This document shows, one piece after another, positions 1 through 12,202 of a DNA stretch of 64,000 nucleotides; the stretch's first letter is position 1, and each line of letters opens with the position of its first letter. A model generated the notes under the pieces. The model saw nothing but the letters and a program-made list of their open reading frames with translations. It was not told where the DNA came from and searched no databases. This DNA is from Camelus ferus. Its lineage: Eukaryota. Both the position numbers and the translations under genes were made by a program. The stretch lies in contig NC_045711.1 in NCBI RefSeq assembly GCF_009834535.1, positions 23,002,001 to 23,066,000 of the forward strand, given 5' to 3'.

Positions 1-1331
1 TAAAGGGGAGATGAGGTCCTGTAAATGTGTCCCAGTGAATGCCACCAAGGGTACCACTTCTATAGCAGTTAAGACCATGGGAGGCCAGGGAGCTGGTGTG
101 GCCACTGCAGAGAAAGTGGCGTGGAGCTGATCTTCCCTGAGAGGGTACAATTCTGACGGCAAGAGGACACAGCAGTCAGAGGCACAGTGGTGAAGAGGAA
201 GGAATCAAAGGTCAGCTAGGAAATGTTGACCAGCCAGATTGTTGAAACACAGAGGTGAGGCTGGGAAGCTAGGGCTGTAGGGTGGAGGGTCTTGGATGTC
301 AAGCTACGATGTTCAGACTTAATGCAGAAAGTAGTGAGGAACCAGGTTTTGCAGAAAGAGATCAAAGGCAAAACAAAACAAAACAAACAGGTGAAGGCTG
401 GACTGGGAGATCTGAAGACAGGGTGGCCTCATGGAAAGGTCTTGGGCTCTGGAGTCAGATGGGCTCAGTGCCAGCCAAGCTCTATCCCTTTTACCCTGGG
501 GGACTTAACCTACAGTCAGTTCCTGCTTCCTTATAGTGGGTATTGTAATAGTAGCCTCACAAGGTTGAAAGATATAAGGCATGTAAATGAAGTAAAGCTA
601 ACCACGCAAATGTGGGTTACCTCCTCTACCCACTGAGCAGGGTTCTTGGCCAAGGGTCTTTGGGTCTATATAATCCATACCTGTAGGATACCTGGCCCAC
701 CCTGTGACCTCTATCATTAACATCTTTATTGCTATAATTTATGATAATGATAATGTAATGGGTTTCTGAGGGTGCTCTCATACTACAGGTTTGTGTGTGT
801 GTGTGTGAGAAACAGAGACAGAGGATGGAATTTCTTGGGGGCAGTATCCATAACTGTCATCAGATTCTTAGTGTGTCCATGACAAGAAAAAGAACCACTG
901 CCTAAAATGTAGGAAAAATAGTTAGGAAATCATAATTGAATGATAATCTTAACAGTGCTTTGCATAGGCTGTATCTAACCCTCACGACCACGCCGCGGTA
1001 AATTCCAGCCTTTCTGCCTCCTTCAGCTCCTGACACATCCGCTACACCCATTGCATAACCGCAGATTAAGGTCGGGAACTTCGACCCCAAACGCTGCTGG
1101 GTTTATGGATATTAACACAGCCAGGGATTCATTTTTTTCTACTCTTAAAACCAGGCTAGGAAAACCAGCCTGAAGCGAAAAGTAAAACAAATCACAGTGC
1201 TAAAGCTCTCAGGAATGGCCCACAGCAGGCTCCTAACGGCGCCCACAGGAGTGGTTCTCAACTTTTCTTAGAACTCCCGTCTAATCCCTGAGCTACACCT
1301 CGGCCCTAGCCGCTCCTACAAATCCGCCTAC

Positions 1332-1391
1332 CTCTTTAGACATTTTCCTCCAAGGAGCCCCGCGTCCGCCGCCTCCGCCCGGAACATCCAT
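1332..1391 (-). CDS. AFMID: Kynurenine formamidase, coding exon 1 only (MDVPGGGGGRGAPWRKMSKE); the rest of the gene lies left of the window
   Basis: ATG at 1391-1389, 20 codons, then a GTAGGC donor. The PWRKMS motif resembles the recalled human N-terminus (VPWKKMSAE). Head-to-head with TK1, as in human. Confidence 0.85.
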
Positions 1392-1717
1392 CCCGCTGCG
1401 TACCTTCTGAGAGGTGCAAGGCCGGCTCTTTAATACCAGGAGGGCGGGGCTCCCGCCAGGCCCCGCCCCGCTGAGCCTTGTCCACCGCCCCGGCGTACGA
1501 GCCGGGCGCGCGTTCCCGGTGCCTCCCACGAGGGGGCGGGCTGAGGTCAAATCTCCCGCCGGTCCCGTGACCGCGCGGTGATTGGCTCCGGAACGGTGGC
1601 TGCGGCTCCCGATTGGCCCGAGCGCCGGGGATAAAGAATCGTGGCGCGGAAACCCGCGCAAGCTTGCGGGGAGGCGGCGGTGGAGAGTCTCCGGTTCGCG
1701 GTCTCCCAGGAGGCACT
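1392..1717. promoter_or_regulatory. Bidirectional AFMID/TK1 CpG-island promoter
   Basis: 326 nt between divergent ATGs. Inverted CCAAT boxes (ATTGG) at 1581-1585 and 1612-1616, GC boxes near 1442 and 1533, E2F site TTTCCGCGCC on the - strand at 1643-1652. Confidence 0.85.
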
Positions 1718-4700
1718 ATGAGCTGCATCAACCTGCCCAACGTGCTTCCCGGTTCCCCCAGCAAGACCCGGGGGCAGATCCAGGTGCGGGCGCGAGGCGG
1801 GGCGGGGTCGTGCCCGGGGCCCGGGGTCCGGGTGGCCGTGCCCACCAGGCCTCTAAGTGTCCCCTCCCTCTCTCCTAGGTGATTCTCGGACCCATGTTTT
1901 CAGGAAAAAGGTAATGGCCGCGGGACGGGGGGTAGGCCGGGACTTCCTTCTCTCCCACCTCCTCCAACCCTCAGGACGCCGTCCTCCTCCCCTGGCGCCC
2001 TCTACCCGGAGCCTTCCGCCTCTCAGAGACCCCCTCTAGAACAGCCCCCACTGCCCGACCCCCGCGTCCCCGCGAGGATGCCGCTCCTTCCCGGAATCCC
2101 TCCTGGAGGAGGAGCTCCTCCCCTTCCCGCCCGGGTCAAACCTGCCTCCCCTTGGGGTCATTCAGCCACCACTCCTTCCAGGAGCTGGTGACAGGTGTTT
2201 ACAGTTTAGCCCCTCACAGAAGTCTTCTCTGAAGGGGGCGACCACGGTGGGCCAGACCTGTGTGCCCTGCTCTATCTGTGGCCTCCTTCCGGGGTGACTG
2301 TTTCCTTAGGTGGCCCAGGACAGGTAGTTACTTTCCACACTGAAGAGTCAAGTGGGGCCTTTGCTTCCTCGAAGTGATGGAGCCAGTCCCAGGCAGAGGT
2401 GGGGCCAGGGGGCCCCCAGTGACTCCCCAGGCTCCTTCCTGTATGGCCCTGGGGGATCACTCCAGCCCAAATCCCTTCCCTTGAGGGTGAGGCTTAGGGT
2501 GGACTCTTGGACCCAGAGACAAAGCCCTTTCTTTGTGGTACCAAAAGGTTTTGTGAAGTTAATTCAGAGATGAGATTACTTTGGAATGGGATCTGGACCT
2601 CCTCCTTTGCATGTGGTCTTTTCCTCCCCCCAACCTACCATGCCCCTGAGAAAGTCACTCCTCCAGCCCTTCCCTGGATCACCTGAGGGCCCTTCCTTAC
2701 CACCCTCCCCATACAGAACAACTTCCAGCCCAGACATGTTCCTCCTTCTTAAGCCTAGTCTGTGAACTCTTACTGTGGGCCCTTTCTGTCCTCACGGGTC
2801 CTTTCCACACCCTGCCCTGGCGGCTTTCTATCCCTTGGTGGGGCTCAGGCTGTACACCCCTAGAAGGCAGTGGGGGCCTGCCTTGGGCTGATGGGGTCTT
2901 CTCACCCACTCTCATGCCGGGGGCCTCACCTGGCGCTCTGCTCTTGCAGCACTGAGCTGATGAGACGGGTCCGTCGCTTCCAAATTGCCCAGTACAAGTG
3001 CCTGGTGATCAAATATGCCAAAGACACGCGGTACAGCAACAACTTCTCCACGCACGACCGGTCAGTCCCTGCCCCTTCCGTCCTGTCCCCACACCTTTTG
3101 TGAGAAGCCCGGTGAAATTCCCAGGGCACAGAACATACTGTGCTCTCAGAGCTCTTGAGAGAGGATGGTTAATAGTGCTGTTGCCTGGCAGCGAGTCCTT
3201 AAAATCCACAAACTTTCCAGGTTACTGGGCCAGGTCTCCTAGAACTTGGACTTTCATGTGGCTCTAGCCCAGTGATTCTTAACTGGATCACTGGAGACCG
3301 TTTTGCCTGCTAGAGTACATTTGGCAATGTCTGGAGATGTTTTTCAGTTTTCACAGCTGGAGGAGGGGAGGGCATGCTGGCATCTAGTGGGCAGAGGGCA
3401 GGGATGCCGTCAGACATCCTACAGTGCACGGGACAGCCCCACAACAAAGAATGGTCCAGCCCCAGAGGGCAGGGATGCTGTCAGACATCCTATAGTGCAC
3501 GGGACAGCCCCACAATAAAGAATGGTCCAGCCCCAAATGTCACTAGTGTCTAGCCACGGTTGAGAAGCCCTCGCTAGACCTACTGATTTTTATTTAAGTT
3601 TTTGGTTGGCTTGTCCTCGCTGACTCCTTCATCTCGTGGTCTCGCTGCATCCGCTTTCACGTTTACCCGCCTGTGCCCTGTGGACATTTCAGCCTGCAGC
3701 CTGAGGCTGGGAGGTTAAATTTGGTACCACTCCTGACATTCCTTGCAGCGGATTGGGGCCTGATGTTTCAGAGCCTGAGACCCTTTTCTCAGCCTCCCGA
3801 CTAATCCACGTGAGCCCCCAGCATCATGGCTGTGCTGTGTGTGGCTTCAGGGTGGGAGCGTGGGGGTTTCTGCAGCCAGGCAGGTGGTAAGGCAGAGAGG
3901 GCCCAGGACTTGGAGTTAAGTTAAATGTTGAGTGACGTTTCCCAGACACGTCTCATGCAAGTCATTTGCATCCCCATGTTTGCTTCTTTATCCCTCGAAC
4001 ACAGGTGTCCGATGCGCAGTGGGGAGTGTCAGGGGTGGACAGCGAAGGCAGAAGAGGCAACAATGCAGTGATTAGAGGTGCAGCTTCTGGAGTCGGGCAG
4101 ATGGGGTGGAATCCAAGTTCTGTCCCAATGTCAAAATCCTCTAACATGGGCTGCAGAGGCCTGGACAAGCCGCAGTGGGGCCGAGCGCTCGGCAGGAGGG
4201 ACAGAGCTCCAGAGACGCCAGAACCAGCCGCTGCCTTGCCTGCTCTCTGGTTTTCTCTGGGAAACAATGGGGACTCTTAAACACAGGAAACAGTTTCCTG
4301 CTCATCCCAGACCTTGAAACAGGATTATGGCCAAAGAACAACGAAGCAGTAGTTGTAAAGTTCTGTATCCACACGTAGCTGCATACTGCGGGGCCTTCAG
4401 CAAACTCCTAGCTCCTTGGAAGGCTAATTCAGAGAAGCAGGCAGAAATGGAAACAGAAGAAAATAACATTATAGAAAAACATAGAAACTGCTTAAACAGA
4501 CAGAGGACAAAGAACTGTATTCCTCTTCCCAAAGGCCGTGGGGCAGGGTGGGCTCCACGTGTCCCCGAGCGCCCTGGAACGCTCCCACACATGGCCTTTC
4601 ACTTTCAGACGCTGCTGGGTAGGAAGCTCCCCCCAGGACACACGAGGCAGCAGTATGAATGCGGATTTGAATCCTGACTCTGCCAGTCAATAGCTCTATG

Positions 4701-7700
4701 ATCTTACAGAAATCCTTTAATCAGCCCGAGAAGTCAAATGGAGGGAATTCGAGGTCACTGCACTGCTGGGTGGTGTTCGCGGCTCCTCTCCCTGCTGGGC
4801 CGGCAGGGCCCCCTGGCTTAGAGTCTGGTGCTAGTGGTCTGTCTGGGGGCGTGGTGGGACTTCCATGGGCCCTGGGGACTTTCTGCCTTTGCGGGCCCCT
4901 TCCTCTATAAAAAGAAAAAGATTAAAAATTATACTTTATGGCTGCACTGATATAAGGACAAGTAGAATCCAGGCAGAGTTACATTTATTCTGATTTTTTA
5001 AATAAATTAAAACCTTCTGTCGGCCCCTAAGGCATGTCGGGCCCTGGGCACTGTGCCTGATGAAGTGCCACCCTGTCTGCGCCCCGCCACACACACACAC
5101 GCGCACACACAGCCTCTGCAGAGCGGAGGAGAGCTTGTGCCTCTGGGTGGAGCTTTACATCGGGCATTGCTCATTTCCAGTCCAAAGCGTGAAGTGAAAT
5201 AGCTCTTGCTGAATAACTGGCTTTCCGAACAAAGGCCTTTATTCTCCCCCGATGCCTTCCCACGGGCACTAACTTCTCAAAGCTCTGGACCGACACCACA
5301 GCCTGCTTTGCAGGTAGAGGGGTGCTCATGAGAGCTGTTCCCTGGCCCCTCAGCCCCGTTCCTGGCCTCCTTGGGCTCCCTCGCCTGGCTCACGCTGTCT
5401 CTCTGGCTTTCTGTCCCCAGGAACACCATGGAGGCGCTGCCAGCCTGCCTGCTCCGGGATGTGGTCCCCGAGGCTCTGGGCGTGGCTGTCATAGGCATCG
5501 ACGAAGGGCAGTTTGTAAGTTGACTTGTCCTGGCATCACTGATTTCGAACCCCTCTAACTCTCCCCTTCTTTCCTATGCTGGTTTGGACGTTATTGGTTC
5601 TGGTTCTGATCCTTTCTTTAAGGTAAACATTGTTATGTTAACTCACTTGAACTAGCGTCTGAACACCCTTTGAATTCCCCTTGCTACTGCGTTACTGTTA
5701 CATGGGATTTATTGTACTTTAAAAAATATATATATGTGTGTGTATGTATATATATATATGTTTACAGTGAACAAAAAATGTGATTTCTCAACACTGGTGT
5801 ATTGGGAGGGTTTGGTTTTGTTTGGCTCGTTGTTGCTTCCTGCTTGTTCTTTGTGGGTGTATTTTTCCTCCTGCTGAAATACATCCTTTAGTAGTTCTTG
5901 TAGCCAGGATGTGTCGGTGGGAAGCGCTCCCAGTCTTGATATGAAAATGGCTTTATTTCGTTTTCCAGTTTCAGCTGGGCAGCAAGTGGCAGTTGACCGT
6001 TTCCTTGTTGCTTTGGAAAAGCAACAGCCCTCCTTACAGTCTGGGAGAAGGCTGCCCCAGCCGGGCAGTCGCTTTCCCGGGCAGGGAGCTGATCTGCTCT
6101 GTCTCAGAACAGTGCATCCCGGGGTCTTATTTTTATTTATCCTGTCTCGTGTTGGGTGTGGCTTATTGAACAATTTACTGGTTTTGAGTCAGTTCTGTTC
6201 CTTCCGTTGTCTTTCTGGAAACCTCGTTTTCCAGGCTTTCCTGGCTCCCACTGCGTCCATGTCCCCAGGAGCGAGCGCGCATCCTCTGGCTGCGCTGACA
6301 GGTTGTCTTTCGGGGCATTAGTTTTCTCTCCGGCGCTTTGGAATGTTTTGTTTCTGCAAGTGCGTCCTGAATGTAGAAAGCTAGAACTTGCTCCAAAGGG
6401 GCTTCATGTTCCCAGGGCTGGACTATACGACAGGGACGGCCCAGGCCCAGGCTCCGCTCCCACTGCTGGAGGCTGAGGGTCTTCTACCCCCATGCAGGGT
6501 GCATCTTCTCAAGTGTGCCCGGTGGAGACCGACTCCCCGCCGCCCGGGCCTGCTTGCCCACCTTCCATTTCCGACCCTTGGAGATGCTTCCGGGCACAGC
6601 TGCGTCTTACCTGGTATCTTCGGGCACACACGTGCACACCTTTCTGTTTTCTCCCTTGGCTGTGTGGTGGAGGGACTTGGGGCTAGGAGGTGAGCTCAGG
6701 GTGGGAACCGGCTATGGCTCTTCCTTTCTCTTCTAGACTGTGGGCTCGGAAAGGCTCTGGGGACAGTCTCAGAACAAGGATTGTGAGCTCTGTGGAGGCC
6801 CTCCCATCCTTCAGACCCAGAGCGATGGGTGGCTCACAGCTCTGCTCCCTGGCTGTGTGTAAAATGTGTTTGTGGGGCTGAACCGGGCACCTTGGCAGGG
6901 ACCTTCCTCTTCTTAATTCTCCTTGGTCAATAACCAGGTGCCCTAGGTCAGGACCCAGCGGGCCACCTGCCCCACAATTCTGTTCCCTGTTTCTGTGTCT
7001 CCTTTCTCCCTGGCCAGCAAGTAGAACTTGGGTTCTCACAACAAATGTCTATTAAACCCACCGTGGAAACATCACCAGTCTCTGTTCTGCCCTCACCCCT
7101 GTGGGTCTTGCTTTGTAAGAAGTTCTGGGGTCTGGGGGGCCACCCCTCAACACAGGACCCAACAAAAGGACTGCCCCTCCCTCCCTTCATCTTTCCCCAT
7201 TGCAGGGGATGGTTGGGAGAGGTGTGTCCAAAGACCCCAGGCTGCAAGCTGAGGTGCGGTGGGAGGTGGGCGCCTGGCTCTCAGGCACGCTGGCCCCGCA
7301 GTGTCACCCCGAGTGCTGGTTTTATCGCACAGGTAATAACAGGTGTAATCTAGGGAAAGTTAGGACTACATCAAAGAAGAAAGAAAGTCCACGATTGATC
7401 GCTGTGGTCCAGAGACCACCAGGAACGGCCCCGGAACTGGGACTGTTGTTACAGGGAGACGCACACCATGGGGCCTGGGGGTGTGGGTGAGGGGCCTGGC
7501 GAGGGTCTGGGTACTAGGATGGGGGCTGTGTTGGGTCCTTCCGGGGAGGGTTTTAGGAGGCTGTTCTGGCTCTTGATTCGGTGTCCCGGGAAGGGCGATG
7601 ATTCTGACCCACATCTTAAACCTTACCTACAGGGAGGGTGGCCCAGAGGGAGGGCAGGGCCAGGCTGGTAAAGCAGCATTGGTCGCTCCTCTTAGCCAGG

Positions 7701-10700
7701 AGAGGGGACGTCTGGTGCATCGTAGCCCACATGGTGTTCACGTTCCGTCCGTGCTCAGATGTGCTTGCGGGGTGTCTGGTTTTTGTCTCAACTGTCAGAG
7801 TCACGGAGTGGCCTCACTGGGAGCTCGTGTTCCGTGAAATTGATTCTGTTCAACAGAGAAACAGCAAGGCCCAGCTATGAGCGAGGCCAGCTCCTGCTGC
7901 CAGACGGCCCTTCCCTTTCACTGCCCAGAAAAACAAACAAACCCTGTGTGACATGTTGGTTTAACCCTTCTAGTCTCCATACATACATATATTTATAGAT
8001 CGGGCTCACACCACACGTGTGACCATTTTCCATGTCAGCTACTTACCCTTATGAATGTACCATGTCTTACACAAGCAGGCCCCTTGGGTGTGGCCCTTAA
8101 AGGCTGTGAGGGACATGTGTGCGGGCATCCTGGGCTGTCGTCTGGTGTACTGGGGTTTGTCTACTAAATGGAATCACCGGTTGAGGGGCTGATCTCATTC
8201 ATTCATTCATTCGATAAGTATTTTCTGAGCTTGTGCCACTGGGCAGCAGGGTTCCAGGTGCTGGGGATACAGCCAGCACCTCACCCTCACAATTCTAGTT
8301 CTGGAAGAGAAATCTGTCACAGGTGGGGTGGGGGCAGCTGGAGGAGAAAGGCAGCGTGAGGGGTAGAGCTAACGGGGGGGGGGACGCTGCTTTATGGGTC
8401 AGAAATTGGTCAAAAGGAAAGTGTGATTCCGAGTGTGTCTCAGGGGTGTCCAGGAGGCCTGGGGCTTCAGCCAGGCTGGCTGGAAAGAGTTAACCCCGGG
8501 AGGGTCTGGGACCGCTGGAGGGCGCTCCTCTGCTTGAGGAGAACCCGGGAAGGCAGGGGCGAGGGCCGGGGAGAGACAGCTGGGTCTTTGCAGAAATCCC
8601 CAGCCACGGCAGAGTGGCGCGCACACTTCCTGTCCTGCCCGAGTGTCTGTCCTGGCCCGGCGGCTCCCATCTTCCTCCGTGTTTCTCCTTTTGTAAACTG
8701 CCTTCTTCTCTTGGATTCTGTCTCCTCTGTCAGACGGGAAAAAACCAGAGCCCCTTTGTCACGCGCTATAGCTATTTCTTCCTGTTTATTTGCCTTTGGG
8801 TTTCGTCTGTGCGTTTCACGTCGCTGTCGCCACTCGCGGTGAAATGTTTCACGCGGTCACATTCCTGTCCTCCGTGGCCTCAGCCGGGGCGGGTGGTTTC
8901 CCCGCGTGTCATGGCCGCCAGCCCTTGGCAAGATGATGACGAGGGTGAAACTTCTCCCTTGCCCCCCCCTTTTGTTCTCTCCCCCATCAAACCTCCTTCA
9001 GGAAGTGGCTCTCGGCAGGTCAGCCAAGGCGTTGAACCAGCAGAGGAACCAAGCAGCCAGATGTGTCCCCACCAGGAAACCCCTCCTGTTACTTTTCTAC
9101 CCGGATCCCGTGTTGCAGTCATCTTTGTCTGCCGGGAAAACCCTACATTTACTAAGTGCTCTGCAGCTCCATTTTAAACGTACCCTGCATGAGGGCCCCG
9201 TGGCTGCTGTAACACGTACCACAGACTGGGTGCTTTAAACCCCGGACATTCAATTCCTTCGGCCCTTGAGTCTGGGAGCCCGAGATCAAGGTGTGGGTGC
9301 GTGGGGCCCCCGAGGCTGTTCCAGGCCCATCCCCTTGGCGTGCAGGTGGCTGTCTGCTCCCTGTGACTTCACATCGTCTTTCCCTGTGTGGGTCTCCGTC
9401 CAAACTTCCCCTTTTTACAAGGACACCAGTCCTACTGGATTAGGGCCCATCCTACTGGCCTGCTTTCCCTGGACGACCTCTGCAAAGACCCTCTCCAAAG
9501 AAGGCCACATTCTGGGTGTTGGGAGTTAGGGTTTCAACATATGGATTTGAGGGGCAGGAGGGGACATAATTCAACCCATAATGTGACCTAAAACACGAAT
9601 GGCAATAAAAACTAATGCCAGTAACGCCATGGTTACCAGTGGGCATCTCGAGATGTGCAGACAACCCAGGCAGCTCTGTCCTTACCTGTGGTCACCCAGG
9701 AGCCCCTGCGGGGTCCAGGGTGCAGTGTTTCTGGTTGGGGGTGGGTGCATGTGGACAGGGGACAAAGTTTGGGTGGAAGAGGTGAGCTCTCTGACTGTGG
9801 GCATTGCTGAGGTGGGCGGGGCCAAGGACCCTCCAAGGCCCCCCAGCGCTGATGTGGAAGGACCCGTGTCCTGACGGGGCCTCGACAGGGAGGGTGAGGC
9901 ACAGGGATGCTCATGCCGGTTCTGTCCCCGCCCCCACCCAGGGGCTACCTGGCAATGTCTAGACAACAGCTGTTGGTGAGCACGGCGGCGGGGCTGTGGG
10001 CTGAATTTCTGTGACCTGTGATGACTCCTTTAGAGAAACAGCAGAGCTGTGCGTATGGTCGTGTGGAGCCTCTGGGTCAGGGGGTCCGGCTGGAATAAAA
10101 TCTGACTTACCAAGGAAGTGACCTCTCTGCAGGCCCCGTATTTAGAAGGCTGTGCTGTGCCGTCCTGTCCCTTAAGGGCCAGTGGAACCCCAGCCTCCTC
10201 TCAGGGCATCACACAGCATGTTATGTTTAAGGTGGGGGGCAAACACACAAAGCCTGCCTATCGGCCACATAGCACATGTAAGAAATTATTTGAGGGTGTT
10301 TAATCCTTAAACACCAAGGGCCTTCCTTGCCTTTTCTTAGACTCAGGAACGTAGTCATTGCCAAAGTCACACAGTTAATGGGTCCAGCCAAGAGCATGGT
10401 TCAAGCCCAAGGCAGCCTCTGGTCGGAGCGTTTGACCCCTGCGGTGGTAGACGTTTCTCCAGCCGGGCTGGCATCCTGGTGACAGGTCCAGGTGCTCGCA
10501 CGGAGCAGGACCTGGTGTTGTCGTGGAAAGCTGGTGGAGTGGTGGACCACCTGGACAGGGGATATGCAGGCTGTGTGCTGGGTGGGAGGCTTGGGGCCAC
10601 CCTGTGCTCGTGCGCCACGCTGATCGATGCTGGTGGCTGGGACTGTCGGGTCTGGCAGTGAGTTCTCCGTGGCCCCAGAAGCTCTGCCCAGGGTGGACAC

Positions 10701-11530
10701 TCACCCTCCTCCTCTCGCCCCTCCTAGTTCCCCGACATCGTGGAGTTTAGCGAGGCCATGGCCAACGCCGGGAAGACTGTGATTGTGGCTGCACTGGATG
10801 GGACCTTCCAGAGGAAGGTAAGGGCTGTCTGGCCTGGCCCTTGGTTGAACCCTGGAGGCGGGAAGGGGCCTGTGGCTTGGCTCTGGGAGCACTTGGAGCT
10901 GCTCAAACTGTGTCGTGCCCAACCCCAGGCACTCAGGTGAGCCAGATCCTGACCCCTGGTTTGCCCCAGACTGGGTCCACCTGCTGTGGGCGGTGGTACT
11001 GAGGGATAGGCGAGGTCAAGGCCTCGCTTCCTGGTGTCAGTGCTGTAAGTCAGAGGGTTTCAAGGAAAAGCCCACCTCTGGAGGTGGGTGTACACCAGTC
11101 TTTCTGTGGGAACGCAGGCTTTCGGGACCATTCTGAACCTGGTGCCCCTGGCCGAGAGCGTGGTGAAGCTGACGGCCGTGTGCATGGAGTGCTTCCGGGA
11201 AGCTGCCTACACCAAGAGGCTGGGCGTGGAGAAAGAGGTAGCCCCTCCTTGCCTTCTCCTGGGGGCGGGTGCAGCCGGGGGTGCCACGTCCCCGCTCAGT
11301 CCAGGTGCCTCGTGTCCCATGGCCAGGTCGAGGTGATCGGAGGAGCAGACAAGTACCACTCTGTGTGCCGCCTCTGCTACTTCAAGAAGGCATCGTCGGG
11401 GCAGCCTGCCTGGCTGGACGGCACGGAGAACAAAGAGAACTGCCCGGTGCTGGGGAGACCCGGGGAGGCCCCGGGAGCCCGGAAGCTGTTTGCCCCTCAT
11501 CAGATCCTGCAGTGCGGCCCGGCCAACTGA
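1718..11530 (+). CDS. TK1: Thymidine kinase 1, 238 aa; exons 1718-1783, 1879-1910, 2950-3060, 5421-5514, 10728-10817, 11118-11237, 11327-11530
   Basis: All introns are GT-AG and phases are consistent (717 nt). P-loop [16 protein letters not shown], Zn-binding C-xx-C and C-xx-C, C-terminal KEN box. Confidence 0.98.
3268..3575 (+). mobile_element. MER20-like hAT-Charlie non-autonomous DNA transposon with an internal 71-bp tandem duplication
   Basis: CAGTGATTCTTAAC start; TTTGGCAATGTCTGGAGA, GGCATCTAGTGGG and ACAGCCCCACAACAAAGAAT blocks; GTTGAGAAGCCCT end. Family recognised from memory. Confidence 0.75.
5725..5760. repeat. (TA/TG)n microsatellite
   Basis: atatatatatgtgtgtgtatgtatatatatatatg. 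Confidence 0.8.
9200..9587 (+). mobile_element. MLT1-type MaLR solo LTR
   Basis: GCTGCTGTAACA...ACCACAGACTGGGTG, GAGATCAAGGTG, GTTTCAACATATGGATTT and AATTCAACCCATAA hallmarks. Confidence 0.7.
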
Positions 11531-12196
11531 GGTGCTGGATCCCCTACCTGGGACCAGCCACCTGCCCCGGGGCCTGCTGCCGCCCCCTGCCGTACACCTG
11601 CCCCCTGTGTGCTATGCGGCCTCTGTGGAGGAAGCTGGGGTTGGGGGTAAGGTTTCACCAGCACGGGGAGCTTTCCGCCTGCTGCAGCACCCTTTCCTGG
11701 CTCGGTGGTCCACACACCACGTTTCCCTCCTTGCCTGCCCACTGGCCTTTCTCAGTTCCCTTCCCAGCTGCTGGGTGGCTCACAGCCCACCACAGGCCAG
11801 AGCTGGGTTGCTCTGTGGTGCGGGGTCTGGCCCCTGCAGACCTCCCTCCCTCCCTCCCTCCCCCTTGGGGTGAGGGCCAGTGCTGCTGGCTTCTTCCTCT
11901 TTGTGGCTTTGCTGCTGAGTTTCTGTTCTCACTGGGAACTCCATGCACTCGCACCTCTGGCTTGGCGCCCAGCCTCGTCCCACGCAAAGACTTGGTCCCT
12001 CTGCCTGGGACAGGCTCCCAGCCTATTGGGGATGGCTGCACTTGTGTTCTCTTGTTTCCCTTCTTGCTCTGGTGATCGTTTTCTCCAGGATTCCAGCTTC
12101 TCCTATGTGCCCTGCTGGGGCTCAGATCCCAGGGGCTTGTCTTTTGGGGAGGGGCTATGATTTTTTCTGTTGTAGCATGTGAAATTAATAACTAAT

Positions 12197-12202
12197 ATTA
12201 AA
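12197..12202 (+). terminator. TK1 poly(A) signal (ATTAAA)
   Basis: ATTAAA in an AT-rich patch about 670 nt after the stop, followed by U-rich sequence. Confidence 0.6.

Noticed and set aside
3392-3533. Direct repeats resembling a CRISPR-like array
   Set aside because: There are only two adjacent units, no spacers, and the context is mammalian MER20 sequence.
11269-12075. 268-aa ORF overlapping TK1 exon 7 and the 3'UTR in another frame
   Set aside because: It begins inside intron 6 and has no independent start or splice support.
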